DNA from: Gammaproteobacteria bacterium | Lineage (GTDB): Bacteria; Pseudomonadota; Gammaproteobacteria; Francisellales; CACEW01 | Direction of reading: 5' to 3' | DNA length: 64,000 nt | Assembly (NCBI GenBank): GCA_029240715.1 | Contig: JARDZR010000006.1 | Coordinates: 1,104-65,103, forward strand | Shown here: positions 14,649 through 25,301 of the stretch, piece by piece | How positions within the stretch are numbered: the first letter of the stretch is position 1 | Layout of the letters: each line of letters opens with the position of its first letter | Program-made: the position numbers and the translations under genes | Notes under the pieces: generated by a model | Databases searched by the model: none | What the model was told of the DNA's origin: nothing | Seen by the model: the letters and a program-made list of their open reading frames with translations, nothing else

Positions 14649-15161
14649 ATGACTAAACTTGGACTACCAGCTAAAATTGACCCAGCAAGCTTTGCAAGAG
14701 CGGGCCGGGAATTCACCGGGGTTTTGGCTCTTTCAGCAATGCCCAGGCTAGCAGAGGCTTTGGCACATGATAAAGCTGAGGCTAAGTACAAGCTGGGCTT
14801 TAAGATAGACGAGGAAGGGTTTGTAGTCATTGGAGTAAGAGCTGAGGCTGCGTTGCCATTAATCTGTCAGCGTTGTTTGCAGGCTTTTTTGTATGAGGTT
14901 AGGCTTTATACTGAATTGAGCCCCGTTACAGATGAGGCTCAGGTAAGTAAGTTGCCTGAAAGATATGAGGCTTGGCCTTTATCTGAAGAGCTAACAATAT
15001 CTCCAAAAGAGATATTAGAAGAAGAATTATTATTGAGCTTGCCCGTTGTGCCTATGCATGATGAAGCAGATTGCCCGGCAACAAAATTGCTGGCTGACTC
15101 AAAGCCTGAAAAAGAACAGGCTACCCATAAACCTTTTGCAATATTAAAAAAATTGAAGTAA
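14649..15161 (+). CDS. yceD: YceD (DUF177) 23S rRNA accumulation protein
   Basis: Collinear with E. coli YceD: N-terminal K.gLP..iDP, CxRC motif (CQRCLQAF), [10 protein letters not shown], and the C-terminal PFA.L..LK. Directly upstream of rpmF. Confidence 0.85.
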   Translation: MTKLGLPAKIDPASFARAGREFTGVLALSAMPRLAEALAHDKAEAKYKLGFKIDEEGFVVIGVRAEAALPLICQRCLQAFLYEVRLYTELSPVTDEAQVSKLPERYEAWPLSEELTISPKEILEEELLLSLPVVPMHDEADCPATKLLADSKPEKEQATHKPFAILKKLK

Positions 15162-15175
15162 TTAAGGAGATAAAC

Positions 15176-15328
15176 ATGGCAGTACAACAGAATAAAAAAT
15201 CACGTTCTAGACGTGATATGCGTCGTTCACATGACGCTTTGACTGGCCCAAGCCTTTCAGTTGAACAAACTTCTGGTGAAACCCATCTTCGCCATCATGT
15301 AAGCCCTAATGGCGCGAGCTCTGAGTAA
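15176..15328 (+). CDS. rpmF: 50S ribosomal protein L32, with aberrant/truncated C-terminus
   Basis: Not in the ORF track because it is only 50 aa. GGAGA SD. The protein [46 protein letters not shown] matches L32, then ends ASSE* instead of the conserved (Y/F)YRGR(K/Q) tail. Confidence 0.85.
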   Translation: MAVQQNKKSRSRRDMRRSHDALTGPSLSVEQTSGETHLRHHVSPNGASSE

Positions 15329-16241
15329 GTATAAGCTTGCCGAGCATCCCCGAGTCAGCATTCATCATGCTTCCGAAGTAGTGGAAATGGATGAATTGCC
15401 TTCTCATGCGCTTCGTAATAAAAAAGATTCCTCGATGCGAGTTGCGATTAATCTGGTAAAAGAAGCTAAGGCACAGGCATGTGTTAGCGCCGGCAATACC
15501 GGGGCTTTAATGGCCACTTCACGATTTGTTTTAAAAACTCTGCCCGGAATTGATCGCCCAGCCATTGTTTACGCAATGCCTGGAGTTAATCACAAGACAG
15601 GCGAAAGGACAGCAGTCCATATGTTAGATTTAGGCGCAAATGTGGATTGTACAGCAGAACATTTGTTCCAATTTGCCATTATGGCCTCAGTTAGAAAGGC
15701 CTTAATCGATAACGTGCCTCAGCCCAGAGTCGCTTTATTGAACATAGGCGAAGAAGAAATCAAAGGCCTGGAAAGCATTAAAGAGGCAGCCAAGCTTATT
15801 GCTAACTGCCGTTATTTAAATTACTGCGGCTTTGTAGAAGGCAATGATATTTTTACAGATAAGGCTGATGTCATTGTTTGCGATGGCTTTATCGGCAACA
15901 TTGCACTGAAAACTGCTGAGGGCACAGCTAAATTTATTTCTTACATGGTGAAAGACGCATTCAGAAGCAATTTGCTAATGAAAATATGCGCTATTTTGGC
16001 TTTCCCTGCTTTGCTTAGAATTAAGAAAAACCTTGATATGCGTCGTTATAATGGCGCTAGCTTTCTTGGGCTTAAAGGCATTGTAGTCAAAAGCCACGGC
16101 GGGGCCGATGCTTTAGCTTTCTCCACTGCCATTACTGAAGCGCTGGCTGAAGTTGAAAAAAACATCCCTAGCCAAATTCATGCCCAAGTGGAAGCGCTAT
16201 TAGGGCAGACCAATATTACAGGAACAACTAATGCCGGCTAA
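15309..16241 (+). CDS. plsX: Phosphate acyltransferase PlsX, N-terminally truncated (possible pseudogene or shortened form)
   Basis: Strong PlsX similarity from [27 protein letters not shown] onward ([54 protein letters not shown]). About 35-45 N-terminal residues, including the (A/V)DAMGGD motif, are missing. The frame is closed by TAA at 15300-15302, and the ATG overlaps the rpmF 3' end. Confidence 0.8.
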   Translation: MARALSKYKLAEHPRVSIHHASEVVEMDELPSHALRNKKDSSMRVAINLVKEAKAQACVSAGNTGALMATSRFVLKTLPGIDRPAIVYAMPGVNHKTGERTAVHMLDLGANVDCTAEHLFQFAIMASVRKALIDNVPQPRVALLNIGEEEIKGLESIKEAAKLIANCRYLNYCGFVEGNDIFTDKADVIVCDGFIGNIALKTAEGTAKFISYMVKDAFRSNLLMKICAILAFPALLRIKKNLDMRRYNGASFLGLKGIVVKSHGGADALAFSTAITEALAEVEKNIPSQIHAQVEALLGQTNITGTTNAG

Positions 16242-17196
16242 GATAGCAGGGACAGGCTATTATTTGCCTAAACAAGTTTTAACTAATCAAGAAATTGCGA
16301 AGTGGGTGGATACTTCTGATGACTGGATCCGCCAACGAGTAGGAATTATTTCTCGCCATATTGCCAGTGAAAATGAAACCAATGTGTTTATGGCAGAGCA
16401 GGCAGCAAAAAAAGCTTTGGCTGAAGCTAAGCTTGACCCTAAAGATCTTGATCTCATTATTGTCGCTACTTCCACTCCTGACAGCATCATGCCAAGCACA
16501 GCTTGCGAAGTGCAGCATAAACTTGGAGTGGCAGGTTGTCCTGCCTTTGATGTCAATGCAGCCTGCAGTGGCTTTATTTATGCTTTAAGTATTGTTCATC
16601 AGTTTTTCTTAGCGGGCACAGTTAAGCATGTTTTAATTATTGGCAGTGAACGCATGTCCCGTGTGATTAACTGGCAAGATCGCAGCACCTGTGTCTTGTT
16701 TGGAGATGGCGCTGGAGCGGTGGTATTAAGCGCATCAGACCAGCCTGGAATTTTAGGTAGCTATATTCATGCAGATGGCCAGCATAAAGAATTGCTGCAT
16801 ATTCCTAATCACCTGCCCGACCAAGCTTTTGCAGGGGAAAAATTAGAAGCTAAGTTGACCATGCAGGGCAATAAGGTGTTTCGCTACGCCGTAACGATGC
16901 TAGAACAGGTGGTTTTGGAAGTATTAGAGAAACAAGGTTTAGACAAGTCTGCCATTGACTGGTTAGTTCCTCACCAAGCCAATGAAAGAATTATCGCAGC
17001 CACTGCTAAAAATTTAGGGCTTTCTATGGATAAAGTCATATTAACTTTGCCTACTCAGGGAAATACTTCGGCAGCTTCTATTCCTTTAGCTTTGGCTTAT
17101 GCCATTGAGCAAAATAAAATAAAACGCGGTGAACTTTTGTTGTTAGAAGCATTTGGGGCTGGCTTCGTTTGGGGCGCAGCTTTAATACGTTATTAA
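16231..17196 (+). CDS. fabH: 3-oxoacyl-ACP synthase III
   Basis: Catalytic motifs AACSGFIYAL (Cys), VPHQAN (His) and GNTSAASIPLAL (Asn). 321 aa, in fab cluster order. Confidence 0.95.
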   Translation: MPAKIAGTGYYLPKQVLTNQEIAKWVDTSDDWIRQRVGIISRHIASENETNVFMAEQAAKKALAEAKLDPKDLDLIIVATSTPDSIMPSTACEVQHKLGVAGCPAFDVNAACSGFIYALSIVHQFFLAGTVKHVLIIGSERMSRVINWQDRSTCVLFGDGAGAVVLSASDQPGILGSYIHADGQHKELLHIPNHLPDQAFAGEKLEAKLTMQGNKVFRYAVTMLEQVVLEVLEKQGLDKSAIDWLVPHQANERIIAATAKNLGLSMDKVILTLPTQGNTSAASIPLALAYAIEQNKIKRGELLLLEAFGAGFVWGAALIRY

Positions 17197-17220
17197 TAAA
17201 ATAATAGTTAGGTGATAAAC

Positions 17221-18156
17221 ATGGAAAAAATTGCCTTTTTGTTTCCAGGGCAGGGCTCACAAAAGCTGGGTATGCTAAGTGAATTAGCAGCACAGTTTCC
17301 TGTAGTGAAATCAACTTTTGAAGAAGCTAAACAAGCTCTAGGTTATGATCTGTGGGAACTTATCCAGCAAGATGAAACTAAGCTGAATCAAACTGAATAT
17401 ACTCAACCAGCCGTTTTAGCGGCCAGTATCGCAATTTGGAGAATATGGCAGGAAAACACTGAGATCAAACCTGATCTGATGGCTGGCCATAGCTTGGGCG
17501 AATACTCAGCCTTGGTTTGTGCTGAATCCATTGGTTTTGCTGATGCCTTACGTTTAGTGCGTTTGCGTGGTCAATTAATGCAAACTGCAGTGCCTTCAGG
17601 CCAAGGTGCCATGGCTGCTGTTTTAGGATTAGATGATCAAGGGGTGATTGAAGCTTGCAAACAAGCTGCGCAAGATGAAGTCGTCTCAGCCGTTAATTTT
17701 AATGCACCTGGCCAAGTTGTGATTGCAGGCAAACGCAATGCAGTGACTCGTGCGATTGAAACCGCAAAAGCTTTAGGGGCCAAAAAAGCGTTGCTTTTAC
17801 CCGTTAGCGTTCCTTCGCATTGTGAACTAATGCGACCGGCTGCAGAAAATTTGGCGCAGGCTTTAGAGCAGGTTTCCATTCAGACCCCTAAAATTCCAGT
17901 GGTACAAAACGTTGATGCTAATATTCATTTATCATCTGAAGAAATAAGATCTGCCTTGGTAAAACAATTATTCAGCCCAGTTCAATGGGTGAAAAGCGTG
18001 CAAAAGCTGCATCAAGAATCTTGCCGAACTTTCATTGAATGCGGTCCAGGCAAAGTGTTGTCGGGGCTTAATAAAAGAATAGTGAGTGAAGGTAGCTTCA
18101 TTGCAATTGATGACTTAAGCGGCTTAGAAGCCGCGTTGCAATTGGTTAAAAATTAA
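17221..18156 (+). CDS. fabD: Malonyl CoA-ACP transacylase
   Basis: ATG 17221 after AGGTGA gives MEKIAFLFPGQGSQ, matching the E. coli FabD N-terminus; the track start 17212 is GTG. Active-site motif GHSLGEYSAL. Confidence 0.95.
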   Translation: MEKIAFLFPGQGSQKLGMLSELAAQFPVVKSTFEEAKQALGYDLWELIQQDETKLNQTEYTQPAVLAASIAIWRIWQENTEIKPDLMAGHSLGEYSALVCAESIGFADALRLVRLRGQLMQTAVPSGQGAMAAVLGLDDQGVIEACKQAAQDEVVSAVNFNAPGQVVIAGKRNAVTRAIETAKALGAKKALLLPVSVPSHCELMRPAAENLAQALEQVSIQTPKIPVVQNVDANIHLSSEEIRSALVKQLFSPVQWVKSVQKLHQESCRTFIECGPGKVLSGLNKRIVSEGSFIAIDDLSGLEAALQLVKN

Positions 18157-18172
18157 AGCGCTTGGAGGAATT

Positions 18173-18910
18173 ATGTCAGAAAACCAAAAAATTGCTCTAG
18201 TGACAGGCGCAAGTCGAGGTATTGGCCAGGCGGTTATGTTTGAGCTAGCTAAGCATGGTATCTATGTGATTGGCACAGCCACCAGTGAATCTGGGGCTGA
18301 AAAGATTAGCCAAGCTCTTCAGAGCGCAGATTTAAAAGGTGAAGGCAGGGTTTTAGATGTGGCCTCGCCAGAAATGATTGAAAGTTTTTTTGAGCAAATT
18401 AAAGATAAAGTGGGTATGCCCAATATTTTGGTTAATAATGCGGGTATTACTCGAGACAATTTAATGATGAGAATGTCAGATGAAGAATGGCAGACGGTAA
18501 TTGATACCAATTTGTCAGGAGTCTTTCGTCTAAGCAAAGCTTGTTTGCGCCCAATGATGCAAGCACGCTGGGGACGCATTATCACTATCGGCTCAGTCGT
18601 GGGCAGTATGGGAAATCCTGGCCAAGCCAATTATTGTGCGGCAAAAGCCGGGGTAATAGGATTTTCAAAAGCTTTGGCTCGTGAAATAGGCTCGCGTGGC
18701 ATTACGGTTAACGTGGTTGCCCCGGGCTTTATCGATACGGATATGACTTCAGGTCTGCCGGATAACCATAAACAAGCCTTGTTAGATATGATTCCCTTAA
18801 AGAGAATGGGGAAACCAGAAGATATTGCATCTTTGGTGGGTTTTTTAGCTTCAGAGCAGGCGTCCTATATTACCGGTGAAGCTATTCACGTCAATGGCGG
18901 TATGTATTAA
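18173..18910 (+). CDS. fabG: 3-oxoacyl-ACP reductase
   Basis: SDR motifs TGASRGIG, NNAGI and Y...K (NYCAAKAG), and the C-terminal YITGE..HVNGGMY. GGAGGA SD. Confidence 0.95.
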   Translation: MSENQKIALVTGASRGIGQAVMFELAKHGIYVIGTATSESGAEKISQALQSADLKGEGRVLDVASPEMIESFFEQIKDKVGMPNILVNNAGITRDNLMMRMSDEEWQTVIDTNLSGVFRLSKACLRPMMQARWGRIITIGSVVGSMGNPGQANYCAAKAGVIGFSKALAREIGSRGITVNVVAPGFIDTDMTSGLPDNHKQALLDMIPLKRMGKPEDIASLVGFLASEQASYITGEAIHVNGGMY

Positions 18911-18987
18911 ATCGATTAAAATAAGATACAGATTGGCAGATATATTGACAAATTGTTTGAAAATTGAGCAAAAGAAAAAAGTTTTTC

Positions 18988-19015
18988 TTGAAACATCCGG
19001 AAATTTGAATAAACT
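18988..19015 (+). promoter_or_regulatory. Candidate sigma70-type promoter for acpP
   Basis: TTGAAA (18988-18993), a 16-nt spacer, then TAAACT (19010-19015), about 45 nt upstream of the acpP ATG. Hexamer matching by eye only. Confidence 0.25.
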
Positions 19016-19059
19016 AGCACGATAAGCTTTTTTGAATCATTAATTAAGAGGATAACTAG

Positions 19060-19299
19060 ATGAGCAATACAATCGAAGCCCGCGTTAAAAAAATAATCGT
19101 TGAACAATTGGGCGTTAAAGAAGAAGATGTCACTCCAAATGCTTCACTAGTTGATGATTTGGGCGCAGATTCACTTGATACCGTAGAATTAGTGATGGCT
19201 TTGGAAGAAGAATTTGAAACTGAAATTCCAGACGAAGATGCTGAAAAAATTACTACTGTTCAACAAATCACTGACTACATTAAGAGTCATTCCAAGTAA
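19060..19299 (+). CDS. acpP: Acyl carrier protein
   Basis: 79 aa with the phosphopantetheine site [19 protein letters not shown]. Confidence 0.97.
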   Translation: MSNTIEARVKKIIVEQLGVKEEDVTPNASLVDDLGADSLDTVELVMALEEEFETEIPDEDAEKITTVQQITDYIKSHSK

Positions 19300-19323
19300 T
19301 TTATTGTCTACAGAATCATCTAA

Positions 19324-19360
19324 AGGCTGGTTTATCGGTAACGAGAACCGGCCTTTTTTT
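19324..19360 (+). terminator. Rho-independent terminator/attenuator between acpP and fabF
   Basis: AGGCTGGTT (19324-19332) pairs with AACCGGCCT (19346-19354) through one G-U pair, followed by a T7 run. Confidence 0.65.
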
Positions 19361-19373
19361 ATAAGGAGATAGC

Positions 19374-21222
<1,849 letters not shown>

Positions 21223-21289
21223 TGCACCCCTATTTATTTTAAATGAAATTTGCTATGTTCTAGTTCATTTAACCAGAGAAAGGGACCTT

Positions 21290-21892
21290 ATGAAACTCAC
21301 CTATGTAACAGGCTATTTGTTAGCTATCGCTGCTGTGGTACAAAGTCAGTTGCTTGCAAAAAAGCAGGCATTTATTGATGTTACCCAAGACCCGCATCCT
21401 TCCGAATTTGCCGATATCACGACCTTATATACCGGAGCACCGGCTGATAGTTGTATTCTAGGTTTTGAATTGGGCCGTTTGGACCACGATGTAGCTGAGC
21501 AACAGATTTTACAAAAAGGAGCGTATTTGCCTTTATTAGCAACAGCTGGTTCTGGCTTTCCCAACGCCACGCATTACTTAGGTGCGCCTGATTATAATGA
21601 GCAAATGTATTGCACATTTAGCCCTAAATTAAAACTGCAGTTTGATGCTGATCCAAGTTGTGAGGTAAATCCAGGCAATATAAGTTGCGTGGAAGGTCAA
21701 ACCTATATAGTTGCCAAATCAGAACAAGCTTATGGGGTTGTTATCAAAAATATTGGCGATAAGTATCAAGGGGTTTTTGGAAGCTTTTCGCTATTGCAGG
21801 AGGAAAGCGGACTAGCTGGGAAATTTCATTGTAGAAAAGCCCGCAGTTCAGAAACCTTGGGTAGCTCGAAATTTGATCAGGCTGCGCCTTGA
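21290..21892 (+). CDS. Hypothetical secreted protein (signal peptide, 6 Cys)
   Basis: ATG 21290 after GAAAGGGA gives MKLTYVTGYLLAIAAVVQSQLLA, a signal-peptide-like N-terminus. The track's longer start overlaps tmk. No recognisable domain. Confidence 0.55.
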   Translation: MKLTYVTGYLLAIAAVVQSQLLAKKQAFIDVTQDPHPSEFADITTLYTGAPADSCILGFELGRLDHDVAEQQILQKGAYLPLLATAGSGFPNATHYLGAPDYNEQMYCTFSPKLKLQFDADPSCEVNPGNISCVEGQTYIVAKSEQAYGVVIKNIGDKYQGVFGSFSLLQEESGLAGKFHCRKARSSETLGSSKFDQAAP

Positions 21893-21967
21893 GCAAGCTT
21901 TCGAGTATTTGATATGCTGCTATAGGTTTAGCGAGCCAACGGAACATAATAAAACGGGAGATAAAAT

Positions 21968-22834
21968 ATGCAAGGTTTTTCCATAAAAAAAGCTGTTATT
22001 GCAACAGTTGCTGCTTGTGCTGCTGTAACTAAAAGTGCTTTAGCGCAAGATTCGTTCGGTTTTGTAGGGGCAAATCATACTTATGTGAGCAGTAACGACG
22101 GAGAAGCTGTTAATCTTTTTAACGGCACAGGTCTTGTCGGGGGCAATGATACCCTCGGCTATACTCTTGGCTTTACCGCTACATTTACTGCGATTGATCC
22201 TTCTGCCGCTAATTGTAGCATGGCGGTCGGCAACCAAACATTAGTGCTGGGTTCGCATCAAGCTAACGGCACTTTACCCATCCTGAATATTACTTCCGAA
22301 GGGATGGCTAACCAAACCCTGGCTAACTTTAGCTCAATTTGTTACGGCAACGATACCTTGGCAATAAGTGTTTCCGCATTAAATGGTGAAACTTCTGCCA
22401 ATAATACTTTGCTAGCTACCCAAGATAACTATGAGACGCCTGCTCCTTCTGGAGATTGCGTGAATGGAACAGTGACAGGCGTGCCGTTAATGGAAAAGGT
22501 AACTTTAGGTAAGTCCTTTACTACTTCTGGAATAGGATTTAAAGCAACAGGTTCTGGAGATGTTACGCCGTTCTGTGACTTTTCACAGGTTTCAAAAGCA
22601 TGTCCGGACGGATGGAATGCCACAGAAAGTTTTTGTGAAGGAAAAACGGCAGCAGCTGAGCAATTACCTCAGTCATTGAATAACGTGGTGGTCGTCAATC
22701 AAAAGTTACTTGTAGGAAAATCCGGAGAGGTGAACTGTTACTTAAAACAAGAAGCTTGTCCAATATTTGGTAATTTTACCTTGGCAAAAGTTTTGGGCAT
22801 TGCTTTAGAACAGTCCCCGCAAGCAGCATTGTAA
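21968..22834 (+). CDS. Hypothetical secreted protein, Asn-x-Ser/Thr-rich, 8 Cys in the mature part
   Basis: GGGAGA SD and signal peptide MQGFSIKKAVIATVAACAAVTKSALA. 14 of 23 Asn lie in N-x-S/T, and the motif N-x-T-L recurs six times. Followed by a strong terminator. Confidence 0.6.
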   Translation: MQGFSIKKAVIATVAACAAVTKSALAQDSFGFVGANHTYVSSNDGEAVNLFNGTGLVGGNDTLGYTLGFTATFTAIDPSAANCSMAVGNQTLVLGSHQANGTLPILNITSEGMANQTLANFSSICYGNDTLAISVSALNGETSANNTLLATQDNYETPAPSGDCVNGTVTGVPLMEKVTLGKSFTTSGIGFKATGSGDVTPFCDFSQVSKACPDGWNATESFCEGKTAAAEQLPQSLNNVVVVNQKLLVGKSGEVNCYLKQEACPIFGNFTLAKVLGIALEQSPQAAL

Positions 22835-22851
22835 TAACTTAAGTTGTTTAA

Positions 22852-22875
22852 AGCCCTCAGCTGAGGGCTTTTTTA
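22852..22875 (+). terminator. Rho-independent terminator
   Basis: AGCCCTC-AGCT-GAGGGCT hairpin followed by TTTTTT, 18 nt after the stop at 22834. Confidence 0.8.
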
Positions 22876-22949
22876 TGCCTTAATAAATTGCTAAGCCAGC
22901 GGCAAAATTATACACTATACATTTTGTGTGCAGGCTTAGGGACTTATAG

Positions 22950-24251
22950 ATGACAGGGCAATTGCCTAAAAAGCATTTTACCGCATATGCGGCGTATCCG
23001 ATATTAATCGTGATGCTCTGCGCTGCTTTTCTTTTTTACAAATATGTCCTACAAGTTTCCCCCAGCATCATGACTCATCAGCTTATGCGGGAGTTTCAGG
23101 TTAATGGAGTTGGGCTAGGTAACCTAGCAGCGACCTTTTTCTATGCTTATTTTATTACTCAATTGTTTGTTGGGATTTTATTAGACAAATACAGCGTTCG
23201 CTTGTTAAGCAGCTTGGCCATTTTGATCAGCGGCTTGGGGGCTTGTTTATTTGCCGATACTCATTCTTTGCTTTTAGCAGGATTATATCGTGCTATGATG
23301 GGCTTTGGCGCGGCTTTTGCAACAGTCTGCTATTTAAAAACGACTGCTGTTTGGTTTAAGCCTAAGCAGTTTGCCTTTATCAGCGGGCTTTTAGCAACTG
23401 CTGCAATGCTAGGGGCGGTGTTTGGAGAAGCGCCTTTATCTTTTGTAGTCCAATCTTATGGCTGGCGGGCTTGCCTAACAGGTTGTGGTATTGCAGGCAT
23501 TCTTTTGGCCGTGCTGTTTTTTGTTGTAGTAAGAGATCAGTCTTTTTTTGGGCCGTCAGCTGCATCGCAGCAAACTAAGCATGGCATCAGTTTGCGGGCC
23601 GTTGCTGAAGTATTAAAAAGCAAGCAAAACTGGCTGCTGACTTTTTACAGCGGGCTTTCATTTACCCCGGTTGCAGTGTTTGGGGGCTTGTGGGGCAACC
23701 CTTTTTTACAGGAAAGCTATACTATTTCACAAACTCAGGCGGCTAGTTTGGTTTCATTAAGCTTTTTGGGTTTGGCTTTTGGTGGGCCGATACTTGGGCT
23801 GATTTCAGACCGTCTTGGTAAAAGAATGCAAATCATGCTGCTTGGCAATCTTCTGGCCCTAGCGGCTTTGTGCTTAGTCATTTATTGCTCTGCTTTATCC
23901 TACTGGATGGTCGGTATTTTATTGTTTGTATTTGGTTTTGGAGTGAGCGCTTTCATGCTGGCTTTTGCAGTCGGAAAAGAAAGCAACCCGATTGCATTAG
24001 CGGCTACAGTCATTGCCTTAATCAATTCAGGAGACGGGATATTGGGTTCCTTTTCTGAGCCTTTAGTCGGCAAAGTTTTAGACTGGCAATGGAGCGGAAA
24101 AATAGTAAATGGCGTGCATTATTTTTCTTTAAAGGACTATCAAACAGCACTGTCTTTACTGCCGGTTTATTTATTGATTGCCATCGTTTTATTGTTTTTT
24201 GTGCGGGATTCCAAGCGGCATTTTAATGCCATGGCTGAGCTAGAAGCCTAA
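22950..24251 (+). CDS. MFS transporter, possibly Pht (phagosomal transporter)-like
   Basis: 433 aa with 12 predicted TM segments. The N-terminal FLFYKYVLQVSPSIM....F.....GLGNLAATFFYAYF..Q...G.LLD resembles the Legionella/Coxiella Pht family as I recall it. The family assignment is tentative. Confidence 0.6.
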   Translation: MTGQLPKKHFTAYAAYPILIVMLCAAFLFYKYVLQVSPSIMTHQLMREFQVNGVGLGNLAATFFYAYFITQLFVGILLDKYSVRLLSSLAILISGLGACLFADTHSLLLAGLYRAMMGFGAAFATVCYLKTTAVWFKPKQFAFISGLLATAAMLGAVFGEAPLSFVVQSYGWRACLTGCGIAGILLAVLFFVVVRDQSFFGPSAASQQTKHGISLRAVAEVLKSKQNWLLTFYSGLSFTPVAVFGGLWGNPFLQESYTISQTQAASLVSLSFLGLAFGGPILGLISDRLGKRMQIMLLGNLLALAALCLVIYCSALSYWMVGILLFVFGFGVSAFMLAFAVGKESNPIALAATVIALINSGDGILGSFSEPLVGKVLDWQWSGKIVNGVHYFSLKDYQTALSLLPVYLLIAIVLLFFVRDSKRHFNAMAELEA

Positions 24252-24260
24252 GGGAGATAA

Positions 24261-25301
24261 ATGATAGAGCTTAAGGCGGTTAATAAATCTTATCATAGCA
24301 AACTGGCTAAGTTTCATGCTTTAAAAGACATTAACCTGAAGGTCGCCAAAGGCGAAATTTATGGCATTATTGGCAGGTCTGGGGCTGGAAAAAGCACATT
24401 GATCCGCTGCGTTAATTTATTGGAAAGGCCAGATAGCGGTGAAGTCATCGTGGATGGAGTAGATTTATTAAAGCTCAATCCGGCTGCTCTGCGTGAAAAG
24501 CGGCATTCCATCGGCATGATTTTCCAGCATTTCAACTTATTACATTCCCGAACAGTCTATGACAATGTAGCCTTGCCTTTAGAATTAATCAGCATTGGTA
24601 AGCCTTATATCGCTAAAAGGGTCAATGCTTTGTTGGAGTTAACGGGTTTGGCTTCTCATAAAAACCACTATCCGCATCAGCTAAGCGGTGGGCAAAAGCA
24701 AAGGGTGGCAATAGCCAGAGCTTTGGCAACTTCTCCCAAAGTTTTATTAAGCGATGAAGCGACTTCCGCTTTAGACCCTGAAACGACTCGCTCAATTTTA
24801 AATTTGCTTAAAAAAATAAACCAAGAGCTTAATCTGACCATTTTACTGATTACCCACGAAATGGATGTTATCAAAAGCATTTGTGACAGGGCAGGCATTT
24901 TAGATCAGGGAGGGCTGATTGAAGAAGCCCCGGTATTGCAACTATTTGCAAGGCCAAAATCTGAGGTAGCTAAAAAATTTACTCAGTCTGCTTTGCATAT
25001 TCAATTGCCGGAAAGCTTAAGAGAAAGGTTGCAGGCCCAGGTTTTCCCTAATTCAAGGCCTATTGTTAAATTGACCTTTTTGGGGGAAAAAGCAGAGGAG
25101 CCTATTGTGGTCAGTTTAATGACACGCTTTAACGTGACCACCAATATTTTGCAGGCCAACTTAGAAATGGTTGGGCATTCTCCGGTAGGTATGACCATTT
25201 GTGAGCTATGGGGCACTCCAGGAGCTATCGAGCATAGCCTTGAATTTATTAAATCTCAAAATATACAGGTGGAGGTATTAGGCTATGTCTCAACTCATTA
25301 A
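24261..25301 (+). CDS. metN: Methionine ABC transporter ATP-binding protein
   Basis: Walker A GRSGAGKST, signature LSGGQKQRVAIARAL, Walker B LLSDEATSALD, and a C-terminal NIL/ACT-like domain (ILQANLE....G...CEL.G). Confidence 0.92.
   Translation: MIELKAVNKSYHSKLAKFHALKDINLKVAKGEIYGIIGRSGAGKSTLIRCVNLLERPDSGEVIVDGVDLLKLNPAALREKRHSIGMIFQHFNLLHSRTVYDNVALPLELISIGKPYIAKRVNALLELTGLASHKNHYPHQLSGGQKQRVAIARALATSPKVLLSDEATSALDPETTRSILNLLKKINQELNLTILLITHEMDVIKSICDRAGILDQGGLIEEAPVLQLFARPKSEVAKKFTQSALHIQLPESLRERLQAQVFPNSRPIVKLTFLGEKAEEPIVVSLMTRFNVTTNILQANLEMVGHSPVGMTICELWGTPGAIEHSLEFIKSQNIQVEVLGYVSTH

Noticed and set aside
15311-15325. GAGCTC (SacI) and GCGC sites exactly at the rpmF/plsX deletion junction, considered as a sign of in-vitro engineering.
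   Set aside because: A single 6-bp site can easily occur by chance. There is no vector, scar or marker sequence nearby, so it cannot be distinguished from a natural deletion.
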